Of a stretch of 64,000 bases of DNA, positions 19,525 to 29,161 are shown one piece after another. Location: contig CAVRAV010000001.1 of the NCBI GenBank assembly GCA_963719165.1, positions 1,567,565 to 1,631,564 on the forward strand, in the 5' to 3' direction. Origin of the DNA: an uncultured Actinomycetes bacterium (GTDB lineage: Bacteria; Actinomycetota; UBA4738; HRBIN12). The translations under genes and the position numbers were made by a program. Positions within the stretch are counted from its first letter, which is position 1; each line of letters opens with the position of its first letter. The notes under the pieces were generated by a model. The model saw nothing but the letters and a program-made list of their open reading frames with translations, had not been told where the DNA came from and did not search any database.

Positions 19525-19734
19525 TTAGGGCTCCGTGCCGCTCCGATCGCCCTGCGGTTCCTCGGCCGGGAGCCCGAGCGGATCCTCGGCCTCCTCGATC
19601 GGGGTTCCCGGTTCGATGAGACCCGCGGCGCGATCCTCGTCACGCTTCCTGCGCGCGAGGCGCCGTTCCTCGATCGCGGCGGCCTTCTTCGCCTTCACTT
19701 CTCTTCGTTGCCGCTTCCCAGCACTGTCTGGCAC
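19525..19734 (-). CDS. Small basic/charged hypothetical protein (69 aa) upstream of the helicase
   Basis: MPDSAGKRQRREVKAKKAAAIEERRLARRK..., C-terminal part of ORF 19525..21108. Confidence 0.6.
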   Translation of the reverse strand: MPDSAGKRQRREVKAKKAAAIEERRLARRKRDEDRAAGLIEPGTPIEEAEDPLGLPAEEPQGDRSGTEP

Positions 19735-19794
19735 CTCCCCAGCGTACAGGACGACGCCCCCTCCTCCGCTACGCTGCTCGCCCAGGAGGTCGCG

Positions 19795-20481
19795 ATGCCC
19801 GAAGGGATGAACGTCGAGGTCGCGCACACATTGAGCGAATCCAGACACGGAGGGCCAAGTACGAGGCGAGGCTGGAAGGAGGCAGCGGAGATCGTCGAGG
19901 TCATCATCTTGGCGATCGTGGCCGTTGCGACCGCGTGGAGCGGGTACCAGGCAGCGCAATGGGACGGGCAGCAGGCGTTCCTCTACGGCACGGCGTCGCG
20001 CCAGCGCATCGAGGCCGACGCCGACGACACCCTGGGTTCCCAGCAGAGGCTGCTCGACGTCACGACCTTCAACACGTGGATCGGGGCGCAGCAGAACGGC
20101 GACCTGGAGGAAGCGCAGCTCTACGTCCGCCGCTTCAGCCCGGAGTTCCGCGTGGCGTTCGACGCCTGGCGGGCGACCCATCCCTTCTCCAACCCGAACG
20201 CGCCGGCCGGCCCGACGTACATGTCCGAGTATCACAACTCCCTCGTGGAGCAGGGAGCAACGCTGAACGAAGCGGCGAGCGTCACGTTCGAGGCCGGCAC
20301 CGCGGCGCGGGAGAACGCCGACCGCTACGTGCGTCAGACGGTGTTGCTCGCGACCGTGCTGTTCCTCGTCGCCGTGGGCCAGCGGTTCACCTTCCGCGCG
20401 GTCCGCATGACCGCCGGGGCCATCGCCGCCGTCCTCATGGTGATCGCCGTGGCGGGCATCGCGACCCTCCCGCGCATCTAG
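19795..20481 (+). CDS. Membrane protein (DUF4337-like architecture)
   Basis: AGGAGG RBS; ILAIVAVATAWSGYQA TM, helical loop, two C-terminal TMs. Confidence 0.75.
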   Translation: MPEGMNVEVAHTLSESRHGGPSTRRGWKEAAEIVEVIILAIVAVATAWSGYQAAQWDGQQAFLYGTASRQRIEADADDTLGSQQRLLDVTTFNTWIGAQQNGDLEEAQLYVRRFSPEFRVAFDAWRATHPFSNPNAPAGPTYMSEYHNSLVEQGATLNEAASVTFEAGTAARENADRYVRQTVLLATVLFLVAVGQRFTFRAVRMTAGAIAAVLMVIAVAGIATLPRI

Positions 20482-20530
20482 CCCTCGCCGCGACGACCGC
20501 GTGGCCCCGACGACCCCGGCCGTGGCAAGA

Positions 20531-20580
20531 TGCCGGAAGGGGCCGGAAGGGGCCGGAAGGGGCCGGAGGGGGCCGGAGGG
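20531..20580 (+). repeat. Tandem 10-bp repeat x5 (GGCCGGAAGG / GGCCGGAGGG)
   Basis: Read directly; ends just before the GGAGG RBS of the next gene. Confidence 0.9.
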
Positions 20581-20590
20581 TGGAGGTGCC

Positions 20591-22690
20591 GTGGACGAGT
20601 CGCAACCGTATGCAGCGCCCGCACCGGTGGCGCCGGCGGCGGACGCGGGTCGTTCGGCACGGCGAAGCAGGCGTCCCACCGGCACGCCGCCACCCCTGCC
20701 GAGGTCACTCGGGCTCACGGGCAAGCTCTGGCTGGCCGCGCTGTTCGTCATCGTCCTGGGCGGGGCCTTGTGGTTGCGGTGGGCCCCCCTCGCGCCCGAC
20801 CGCGTCGACACCGCGATCGCGCGGGCCGTGGCCGGCCTCCGAAGCCCCGCCATCGACGGGCCGGCGCGCTGGATGAACATCTCCAGCTCCCGCGGTGGCC
20901 TCGCGCTGATGTGCCTCGCCATCGTGGTGCTGTTGATCGTGTTCGGTCGCATCCGCCACCTGGTCGTGTTCATGGTGAGCCTCGCCTTGGTGGAGGTGAG
21001 CATCGACGTCCTCTCGAGCGCCATCGCTCGGCACCGCCCCTTCGGCGTGCGACAGATCGCCGGATGGGAGGGGTTCGCGTCCCCGTCGATGCCGATCGCG
21101 GCCCGCACCGCGGTGCTCGTCGGCGTCGTCTACTCCCTGGTGGTCGCGGGACGACCGCGCTGGTACGCGAAGTGGGCGATCGCCGGGCTCATCCTGCTGG
21201 CCGGGGCGGTCCGCGTGTATCTCGGTGTGGACGCGCCCTCCGACGTCCTGCTCGGCGCCATCGTCGGCGTCGCGATCCCCGTGACGCTGTTCCGTACGTT
21301 CACCCCCAACGAGGTCTTCCCCGTCAGGTATGGCAAGCGCGGCAAGGCGGCGCACCTCGACGTGAGCGGTCGCCGCGGAGACGCGATCCGCGCCGCCGTC
21401 CACGACCAACTGGGACTCGAGGTGCTCGAGATCAAGCCCGTGGGGCTCGAGGCCTCCGGCGGGTCCACGCCGCTGCGCATGCGCGTCATCGACGAGGAGA
21501 CGGGACGGGAGCGATCGGCCTTCGCGAAGCTGTACGCGCGCAGTCATGTCCGCGCGGACCGTTGGTACAAACTGGGCCGGACGATGCTCTACGGCTCGCT
21601 GGAGGACGAGACACCCTTCGGCACGGTGCGCAGGTTCGTGGAGTACGAGGACTATGCGCTGCGCCTGCTCGGTGCCTACGGGTTCTCGACCCCGCAGGCG
21701 CTGGGGGTCGCCGAGATCACACCCGAGCGCGAGTACCTGATCGCGATGGAGTTCTTCGATGGGGCGGTGGAGATCGGCGAGGCCGAGGTGACCGAGCACA
21801 TCGTCGACGAGGGGCTCCAGATGATCCGGCGGATGTGGGACGTGGGCCTCGCGCACCGCGACATCAAGCCGGCGAACCTGATGGTGCGCGACGACGAGCT
21901 CAAGGTGATCGACGTCTTCTTCGTCCAGGTACGACCTTCGCCGTGGCGGCAGGCCGTGGACCTCGCGAACATGATGCTCGTCCTCGCGTTGCGATCGGAC
22001 GCCGAGACCGTGTACGAACGGGCCCTGCACTACTTCACGCCCGATGAGCTGGGCGAGGCGTTCGCGGCCGCCCGCGGGGTGGCGAGCCCGACGCAGCTGC
22101 GGAACGAACTCAAGGAGGACGGGAGGGACCTGCTGGCGAAGTTCCGCGCGATGGCGCCGGCTCGACCGCCCATCGGGGTGCAGCGCTGGAGTGCCAAACG
22201 GGTGCTGCTGATCCTCGGGGCGCTGCTGTTGGCGACCGTGACCGTGCAAACGAGCATCGGGCTGTTCTTCCCCAACAACGACACGGTCGCCTCGCCCGGA
22301 TGCGACGGCTCGAGGGAGTTGATCCTGGTCGCGCAGGCGGTGCCGACGGCCGAGCATCTCCCGTGCGTTCGGGACCTCCCGCTCGGCTGGACGGCGAACC
22401 CCGTTTCGGTCCGGCAAGGGCGCGTGGTGGTCGGGCTCACTCCCCTGCCCGGCACGGGTACGCCCGCGGTGACCGTCACGCTCACGCACGACTGTGATCC
22501 GGCGCTCGGCGGGCAGCAGATCGATACCGGCGGTGGGTGCGTCACGTACGTCTCGGCGCTGCGGCCGAGCGACGAGGTCCCGTCGTTCACCGGCCGCGGG
22601 CTCGGCCTCGTGCCGCGCGCCGATCTGGTCAGGCGGGTCGACACCGAGGAGGGTCTGCCGCTGTGCGGCGAAGCGGTCCCGTGCCCCTAG
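20591..22690 (+). CDS. Degenerate PAP2 membrane domain fused to protein-kinase-like domain, TM and Cys-containing extracellular domain
   Basis: ARHRP..SPSMP..RVYLGVD.PSDV (PAP2-like); FAKLY, HRDIKPANL, IDVFF (kinase-like). Confidence 0.8.
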   Translation: MDESQPYAAPAPVAPAADAGRSARRSRRPTGTPPPLPRSLGLTGKLWLAALFVIVLGGALWLRWAPLAPDRVDTAIARAVAGLRSPAIDGPARWMNISSSRGGLALMCLAIVVLLIVFGRIRHLVVFMVSLALVEVSIDVLSSAIARHRPFGVRQIAGWEGFASPSMPIAARTAVLVGVVYSLVVAGRPRWYAKWAIAGLILLAGAVRVYLGVDAPSDVLLGAIVGVAIPVTLFRTFTPNEVFPVRYGKRGKAAHLDVSGRRGDAIRAAVHDQLGLEVLEIKPVGLEASGGSTPLRMRVIDEETGRERSAFAKLYARSHVRADRWYKLGRTMLYGSLEDETPFGTVRRFVEYEDYALRLLGAYGFSTPQALGVAEITPEREYLIAMEFFDGAVEIGEAEVTEHIVDEGLQMIRRMWDVGLAHRDIKPANLMVRDDELKVIDVFFVQVRPSPWRQAVDLANMMLVLALRSDAETVYERALHYFTPDELGEAFAAARGVASPTQLRNELKEDGRDLLAKFRAMAPARPPIGVQRWSAKRVLLILGALLLATVTVQTSIGLFFPNNDTVASPGCDGSRELILVAQAVPTAEHLPCVRDLPLGWTANPVSVRQGRVVVGLTPLPGTGTPAVTVTLTHDCDPALGGQQIDTGGGCVTYVSALRPSDEVPSFTGRGLGLVPRADLVRRVDTEEGLPLCGEAVPCP

Positions 22691-22744
22691 CTGATCGCCT
22701 CTAGGTCCCCCCTGGCTCAACGCCCGGGGTTCCGTCCACCAGGC

Positions 22745-23242
22745 TCAGCGACCGCTCGGCGTGTCCGCGCCGTACCGCTCGACGTCGGACGCGAGATCGA
22801 GGGGCCGCATCCGCATCTTGGCGGACTCCACCTCGTCCGTGATGAACCGTTCCGGCAGGATCCAGCAGACCTCGAACTCGAGCCCGTCGGGATCCTTGGC
22901 ATACAGCGCCTTCGTGGTGGCGTGATCGGTGGCGCCCACCAAGGCGTCCGCTTCGGCGAGCTTCGCCGCGATCTCTTGCAGGTCTCCGAGCGTCTGAACC
23001 TCCCACGCGATGTGGTACAGACCGACCTCGCCCCGGCCGGCGGTGGAGTCCGCCACGTCCTCGCCGATCGTGAAGAGCGCGAGGTCGTGATCGTTCCTTG
23101 AGGCCGGCGCCTGCATGAAGACCGCGCCCGCCTGGGGGATCTCGGACACCAGACGGAACCCGAGCACGTCGCGATAGAACGCGCACGTGCGCTGAGCGTC
23201 CCGGACATACAGGACCGCGTGGTTCATCCGCTTGATCGCCAT
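22745..23242 (-). CDS. VOC/glyoxalase family protein
   Basis: NHAVLYVRD, HDLALF, GLYHIAWEV, YAKDPDGLEFE. Confidence 0.9.
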   Translation of the reverse strand: MAIKRMNHAVLYVRDAQRTCAFYRDVLGFRLVSEIPQAGAVFMQAPASRNDHDLALFTIGEDVADSTAGRGEVGLYHIAWEVQTLGDLQEIAAKLAEADALVGATDHATTKALYAKDPDGLEFEVCWILPERFITDEVESAKMRMRPLDLASDVERYGADTPSGR

Positions 23243-23386
23243 CGCCGCTCCTCTCGTCGCCGGATCCCGAGCGTACGCGACGGAGCGTCTCGGTCTCGAG
23301 GTGCGCACCAGCGCCGTCCGCGCCTGACTTCCTCATGCCACCGAGCAAGAACCGGGGAGGTGTCTGGGGGCGATAGGGTGGCAACC

Positions 23387-23809
23387 ATGGATCAGCGCGT
23401 GACCTTGATCACCCTCGGTGTCGCCGATGTCGCAGCATCAAGGAGCTTCTACGAGCGGCTCGGCTGGCGTGTCGGGTTGGACGTGGAGGAGACGGTGTTC
23501 TTCCAGATCGGCGGCGCCATCCTCACCTTGTGGGGCCGGGACAAGCTGGAGGAGGACAGCGGCGTCACGGATGGAGGGGGTTGGGGTGGAGTCACCCTTG
23601 CACACAACGTGGGCTCACGGGATGAGGTCGGTCGCGTCATCGACGAGGCGCGGGCCGCGGGGGCACGGATCACCCGTGAACCGTCAGAAACGTCCTACGG
23701 CGGCTACGCAGGCGTCTTCACCGACCCAGACGGCCATCCCTGGGAGATCGCCCACAATCCCGGCTTCGCGCTGGGCGAAGACGGCACCATCAAGCTCCCT
23801 CAACACTGA
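23387..23809 (+). CDS. VOC/glyoxalase family protein
   Basis: MDQRVTLITLGV, TLAHNV, FTDPDGHPWEIAHNP. Confidence 0.92.
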   Translation: MDQRVTLITLGVADVAASRSFYERLGWRVGLDVEETVFFQIGGAILTLWGRDKLEEDSGVTDGGGWGGVTLAHNVGSRDEVGRVIDEARAAGARITREPSETSYGGYAGVFTDPDGHPWEIAHNPGFALGEDGTIKLPQH

Positions 23810-23902
23810 AACCCCTACGGAACCGGTGACCGCGCCTTGCACGTCACACTTCGCATCGTTCGTCTGCTCCGAGGTCGCGGCGCGGGACTCACCGCGAGTG
23901 CT

Positions 23903-24133
23903 TCAAGGACGTGCGACGTTGCCAGCGAGCGTCCAACCGACGATCGCGTTGGCGTGACCGTGTCCCATGCCGTACTCGGACTTGAGGAACCCCACGATGG
24001 CCATGTGCTTCTCAAGGCCACATCCCGCGATGATCCGCTGCCACTCCGCGATGGAGCGCCCGTACTTCTTCTCGATGGACGGGAAGTACGATGCCGGACC
24101 TTGCGTCGGCCAGGGCGGCGCGTACTCGGCCAT
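23903..24133 (-). CDS. DUF4287 domain protein
   Basis: GPASYFPSIEKKYGRSIAEW, LKSEYGMGHGHANA. Confidence 0.88.
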   Translation of the reverse strand: MAEYAPPWPTQGPASYFPSIEKKYGRSIAEWQRIIAGCGLEKHMAIVGFLKSEYGMGHGHANAIVGWTLAGNVARP

Positions 24134-24233
24134 GTTGATGTCCTCCGTTCTCCGAGCGCCTCTTCTTGACCTCCGCACCAACGGTGGTTCAGCTGTGGCC
24201 GGGGATGCGCGTGCGCGACGTTATCCTTCGGGC

Positions 24234-24470
24234 ATGCCCGGACTCGAACAGGTGCCGCCGCACGTGCGTACCACCTACCTCGGTGAATTCACGCTCGCGC
24301 ACGCGGAGCTGATCGCGGAAGCCCTCGAGGGCGCCGGCATCGTGTGGTGGTCCAAGTCCCCCGGAGCGATCAGCCGCATCTGGGAGCACGGCGTCCGGCT
24401 CTTCGTCGACCGCACGCGGCTGGACGAGGCCCGCCTGCTGGCGAGCGACCGACTCAGCGGCGCGCCGTAG
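24234..24470 (+). CDS. Small hypothetical protein (DUF2007-like)
   Basis: AELIAEALEGAGI...VRLFV...EAR pattern; TATCCT box 6 nt before ATG. Confidence 0.65.
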   Translation: MPGLEQVPPHVRTTYLGEFTLAHAELIAEALEGAGIVWWSKSPGAISRIWEHGVRLFVDRTRLDEARLLASDRLSGAP

Positions 24471-24513
24471 TGCTAGCGTGGCGGGCTTCCGGCCCCTGTG
24501 AAGGAGACGTTGC

Positions 24514-24930
24514 ATGTCAGAGGCACGCGATTGGAACAGCGGCATCATCGGGGAATTCCGAGCCAACGAGGGCGTCGTCGGCGGTCCCTTCGAGGGGGCC
24601 CCGCTGCTCCTGCTCACCAGCACGGGCGCCAAGACCGGGCGACAGCACACCACGCCGGTGATGTACCTGCCCGACGGCGACCGTTTCGTCGTGTTCGCCT
24701 CCAAGGGGGGGGCGCCCGCCGACCCGGACTGGTACCGGAACCTCGTGGCGAACCCCGAGGCCACGGTGGAGGTCGGCACGGACCGGTTCGGCGTGAAGGC
24801 CGAGATCGTTGGGGGCGCCGAACGCGACGCCCTCTTCGCCCGGCAGGCGGCCGCCTACCCGCAGTTCGCCGAGTACGAGAAGAAGACCGATCGCGTGATC
24901 CCCGTCGTCGCGCTCGTCCGCGCCAACTGA
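24514..24930 (+). CDS. Deazaflavin (F420)-dependent nitroreductase, Ddn family
   Basis: EFRANEG, LLLTSTGAKTG, ASKGG...PDWYRNL.ANP, R.IPVV. Confidence 0.93.
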   Translation: MSEARDWNSGIIGEFRANEGVVGGPFEGAPLLLLTSTGAKTGRQHTTPVMYLPDGDRFVVFASKGGAPADPDWYRNLVANPEATVEVGTDRFGVKAEIVGGAERDALFARQAAAYPQFAEYEKKTDRVIPVVALVRAN

Positions 24931-24935
24931 CGACC

Positions 24936-26357
24936 TCAGCCCGGGGACGCGATGGTCCCGTCGGCCATGGCCACGACGCGGTCCAGCAGAGGCGCTAGCT
25001 CCGCGTCGTGCGTCGCGATCACGCAGCAGGACCCCGAGGCGGCCGCATCCGCGAGGACGGCGAGGATCCGTCGGGACCATCCCGCGTCCTGGTGTCCCGT
25101 GGGCTCATCCGCGATCAGGAGGGCAGGGCCGAGCACCAACGCGCGTGCCAGGGCCGTGCGCTGCTGCTCGCCCAACGATGCCTCACGCGGGTATCGGTCA
25201 GCCAGCTCGTCGAGCCCCAAGGTCTGCAGCAACCCGTCGACCAGCGGGGCTCGCTCCTCCAGTTGCCCCGCGAGGCGCGCCGGGTACTCGACGTTCTCGC
25301 GGATCCGGAGCTCGTCCATCAGGCCGAGCCGCTGCGGGACGTATGCGACGTCGGCCCATGGCGTCGACGATCCGGAGGGCACGCTCACGGAGCCCTCGTC
25401 GGCTCGTTCCCACCCGGCGGCGATGTTCAGCAGTGTGGTCTTGCCCGAACCCGACCGACCCACGAGCCCGACGAGCTCGCCGGTACCCGCGACGAGGCTC
25501 ACGCCGCGCAGCGCATGCACCACCTCGTCGCCGTGCCCGTAGGCCTTCGAGACCGCCGCGGCCGCGAGCGCTGTCCCGCCGGACCCCTCCATCCAGGCGG
25601 GCAGATCGCGGCCCGGCCACCGCAGGACCGTCCCGGGAGCCGGCGCCTCGGGCTCGGGAGAACTCCGTCCCCCTGCGTCGCGCACGCGTCCGTGCTCGAG
25701 TTCAAGCCGATGCTCGGCAGCCGCGATGACGTCGGGGTCGTGCGTGGCGATCACGACCGTCACACCGTCCGCGGCCAACGCGTGGAGGCGTTCGATCACG
25801 AGGGCACTCGACCCGCGGTCGAGCTCGGCCGTCGGCTCGTCGGCAACGACGATGCGAGCACCGGAGGCCAGCGCCTGCGCGAACGCGGCGCGCTGCTGCT
25901 CCCCCCCGGACAACGCCTCCGGCCGATGATCCGCGCGATCCTCGATACCGAGCTTGCGGAGGATCGCGATGAGGTCGTCCCCGCTTCGGTCCGGGCCGGC
26001 CGCCATGCGCAGGTGCTCGGCCACCGTGAGGTCGGTGAGGAAATTCGCGGCGGGGCGCTGGTAGACGAACCCCACCACGTCGCGCAGCAGCCGTCTGCGC
26101 GCCCTGGCGGACGCCGCGCCCACGTCCATTCCCTCGACCGCCATCGACCCCGCGCTCGGGCGGTCCATGCCCGCGATGATGCGCAGCAACGAGGACTTCC
26201 CGCTGCCCGAGGGCCCGACGACCGCGCTCACCGCCGCACGCGGCAGGGACCCCGTTACGTCCCGGAGCGCCCGCACCGCTCCGGTCGGCGCCGGGTACGA
26301 GCGCACGACGCCGTCGAACCGGATCGCCGCCTCCTGCGCCGGATCAGCCCGCAACAC
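24936..26357 (-). CDS. ABC transporter ATP-binding protein with two NBDs (LolD-like)
   Basis: GPSGSGKS / LSGGEQQR / ADEPT and GRSGSGKT / SLGEQQR / ADEPTG. Confidence 0.92.
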   Translation of the reverse strand: MLRADPAQEAAIRFDGVVRSYPAPTGAVRALRDVTGSLPRAAVSAVVGPSGSGKSSLLRIIAGMDRPSAGSMAVEGMDVGAASARARRRLLRDVVGFVYQRPAANFLTDLTVAEHLRMAAGPDRSGDDLIAILRKLGIEDRADHRPEALSGGEQQRAAFAQALASGARIVVADEPTAELDRGSSALVIERLHALAADGVTVVIATHDPDVIAAAEHRLELEHGRVRDAGGRSSPEPEAPAPGTVLRWPGRDLPAWMEGSGGTALAAAAVSKAYGHGDEVVHALRGVSLVAGTGELVGLVGRSGSGKTTLLNIAAGWERADEGSVSVPSGSSTPWADVAYVPQRLGLMDELRIRENVEYPARLAGQLEERAPLVDGLLQTLGLDELADRYPREASLGEQQRTALARALVLGPALLIADEPTGHQDAGWSRRILAVLADAAASGSCCVIATHDAELAPLLDRVVAMADGTIASPG

Positions 26358-29142
26358 GCATCACCTCTCCCAAGTCTCCGCGCCGTGCGGCCCGGTCGGC
26401 GAGCCGCCCTCCGATGAGGGCCGCGACGCCGAGCAACGCTGCCGCGGCGATGAGCGCCGCCCACGGAGCGACCACGATGGGGTGAGGCGGGATGGACGGC
26501 AGGGGGGCGATCGCGTCGAGCACCGTCGGAAGCGTGACGATCCCCGCCAGCGCCCCGGCCGCGAGCGCCAGGAACAACAGGCCGCCGAGCTCGAGCACCA
26601 ACGCGAGGCGCATCGTGCGCGCGCGTATCCCCATACGGATCGAGAGCGCGGAGGCCATGATGCGAGAACGCTGCCGGGCCTGCAGGTACACGACGGCGAG
26701 CAGGACGATGAGCAGAAGCGCCACGAGCCCCAGGACGTCGATCACGAGCAGCGTGTTCACTGCCGCCACCACGATGGGGATGTCCTCGACCTCGTGAGCG
26801 GTGAGGACGAGGTACGCCTGCAGACCGGCCCCACCGACCTCGGAGCGGATCTGCTCCTGGTTGCCGCGGATCCAGTATTCCGTCGTGGCGAACGTGGAGG
26901 TGACGCGATAGGGATCCACGTGGAACACGGGCTCCACGGCATCCGCCGCTACCACGACCATCGGTCGTTGGGAGGACGCGCCCGGGAAGGCGGCCGCGGT
27001 GCCCACGACCTCCACCGGAGCCTCGACACCGCCCAGGGTCATCGAGGAGGGCTCGTCGTCGCCCCCGTTCACAAGCACGATCGGCACGGCGGCGGATCCA
27101 TGACCGGCGATCGCGCTCAGCAACTGCGAGAGCGGCCGGCCGGAGAAGGCGCCGTTCCAGTACGCCGCGGACTCGAACGTCGAAGGATCCACCACGAGCA
27201 GGTCGTACTCCTTTCCCCCCCCGTCGAAGGTGCCGGCCTGCGTGACGCGCTGCACCTCCGTGATGGGGAACGGGAACGACGAGGGAGCCGTGGCACCCGG
27301 CACGGTCTGCACCTGAACGTCGCTGCCCACGAACACCTTCGCCTTGGCCTCGACGGTCGCGTGGAGCGACGTCACGAGACCCTGGGCGGAGACGAAGACC
27401 GCGACCGCCAGCGCCGTCGCCACCACGAAGACGACGCCGAGCCGGTGGGACGCCGCCACCCGCCGCACGGTGAGCCAACCCGCGGTCACGCCGCGGCCCC
27501 CGCCGGATCGCGCGCGCCGCATGACCGCAACCGCCGCGATCCTCGCAGTCAAGATCCCCACGCCGACGGCAAGCGTCAGCGGATACAGGAACACGGCGGC
27601 CCTCGGCGAGGCCACGTCGCCCGCCTGCACGATCCCGCCCTGCGTGACCAGCGACCGGCCGAGTGCCCACGCCGCCGCGAACGCCAGCAGCTCCCACGGG
27701 AACCACATCACGAGTCGCGTGAGCCGCTCCTTGTGCTCATGGCTGGACGCGAACAGGGCGCCGGAGACGCCCCCGACGAGGAGCAGCGAACCGGCGGCGG
27801 CGGCGAGGGAGCCGGCCACCGCGATCCGCTGCGCCGCCGCCCCCACGGCACCGGTGGGACCGAACATCGCCATGAGGGCCGCCGCGAGGGCGAACCCGGC
27901 CACGGTCCCGACCGCGACGGGCACGAACGCCTCCACCGAGGTCCGCGCCCCTACCCGCAGGGGGCTCCATCCTCGCGCGCGAAACAGCCCCGTCTCGTCG
28001 GGTCGCGACGCGACCGCGAAGACCGCGGCGGCGGCGATGGCCGCGAATGCGATCGCGAGCCCCGCGATGAGCAGGACCGAGACCGGGCCGCGGATCGCCG
28101 GGGTCCGCTGATCCACGATCGTGATCACGGCCCCGCTCGCGCTGTGGAACCGGGACTCCGAGGTCGGGAGGGATCGCCCGTTGGGTCGGGCCGTGAACAC
28201 GGTCCCGCAGCATTCGAACAGCTGGCCGAGGCGGGAGCCGGTGCGGGTGACGACGCTGGGATCGCTGCCCCGCTGGATGCGCGAGAGGAGATCGGCCGCG
28301 AAGGCTGCCAGCCCGTGGGCCTCGCTCACCGTGAGCTCCGGCGCGGCGCGGACGGGCGCCTGCCAGGCCTGATCGACCTGCCGTCGTCCCAGTTGATCCT
28401 GGAGCCGCACGAGCGTGTCGGGGTCCGCGATCATGAACTGGGGAGGCAGAGAGCAATCGGGGCACGGAAGGTAGATATCCGGCGACCACGGCTGCCAGTA
28501 CCCGTCGGGCGCCGCGCCCCAGATCGTCTGGAAGATGCCGGCCACCCGTGCCCGGGCGGCTCGCCGGCCCACGTGCAGGATCACCGTGTCACCGGGCTTC
28601 ACGCCGATGGTGTGGGCGATGACGTAGGGCAGCCAGATGCCGTCCCCTGCAGGCCCGGCCAGGATCCGAACGTGGTCGAGCGCTCGATCGCCCGCGTAGA
28701 GCCGACCGCTGACCGGCCCCAACGACGGGTCCTGCCCGGTGTCGTCGGTGACCCGCACCGGCGGTGCCGCCATGCTCGCGAGCGTCGGGCCGAGCACCGG
28801 GTCCTTGGCGGCCTCCGCGGCGAACGCCGCGGCGCGTTCCTGCGTGAGCGATCCTCCGTCGGGCGCCCGCGCGCCGAAGCCCACGTTCGTGGCCTTGTAC
28901 GTGATGCCCACGCCGTAGCGCGTGAACGAGGGGTTCGCGATGGCGGCATCCAGGAGCTGACTCTCCGAGGCCGCCACGAACAGGGGCGCCGCCGCCGCCG
29001 TGACCGTGACGAGGATGCCGCCGAGCGCCAGCGCGACGAACAGCGCCGGGCGGTGCAGCAGGCGGGTCGGCGCCGAGCGCCAGGCGGGCCGCCCGGCCGG
29101 GATGACCGCGCCCTCGCCCCGGCGCGTGAGCGACGTCTTCAT
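26344..29142 (-). CDS. Large FtsX-like ABC permease
   Basis: Two extracytoplasmic domains and two TM clusters; overlaps the ATPase gene; start approximate. Confidence 0.82.
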   Translation of the reverse strand: MKTSLTRRGEGAVIPAGRPAWRSAPTRLLHRPALFVALALGGILVTVTAAAAPLFVAASESQLLDAAIANPSFTRYGVGITYKATNVGFGARAPDGGSLTQERAAAFAAEAAKDPVLGPTLASMAAPPVRVTDDTGQDPSLGPVSGRLYAGDRALDHVRILAGPAGDGIWLPYVIAHTIGVKPGDTVILHVGRRAARARVAGIFQTIWGAAPDGYWQPWSPDIYLPCPDCSLPPQFMIADPDTLVRLQDQLGRRQVDQAWQAPVRAAPELTVSEAHGLAAFAADLLSRIQRGSDPSVVTRTGSRLGQLFECCGTVFTARPNGRSLPTSESRFHSASGAVITIVDQRTPAIRGPVSVLLIAGLAIAFAAIAAAAVFAVASRPDETGLFRARGWSPLRVGARTSVEAFVPVAVGTVAGFALAAALMAMFGPTGAVGAAAQRIAVAGSLAAAAGSLLLVGGVSGALFASSHEHKERLTRLVMWFPWELLAFAAAWALGRSLVTQGGIVQAGDVASPRAAVFLYPLTLAVGVGILTARIAAVAVMRRARSGGGRGVTAGWLTVRRVAASHRLGVVFVVATALAVAVFVSAQGLVTSLHATVEAKAKVFVGSDVQVQTVPGATAPSSFPFPITEVQRVTQAGTFDGGGKEYDLLVVDPSTFESAAYWNGAFSGRPLSQLLSAIAGHGSAAVPIVLVNGGDDEPSSMTLGGVEAPVEVVGTAAAFPGASSQRPMVVVAADAVEPVFHVDPYRVTSTFATTEYWIRGNQEQIRSEVGGAGLQAYLVLTAHEVEDIPIVVAAVNTLLVIDVLGLVALLLIVLLAVVYLQARQRSRIMASALSIRMGIRARTMRLALVLELGGLLFLALAAGALAGIVTLPTVLDAIAPLPSIPPHPIVVAPWAALIAAAALLGVAALIGGRLADRAARRGDLGEVMRVAG

Positions 29143-29161
29143 GCTCTGCGCAGGGTCGGCG

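Noticed and set aside
20531-20580. Repeat as a CRISPR array (also 61644-61700)
   Set aside because: Units are 10-12 bp with no spacers, and there are no cas genes
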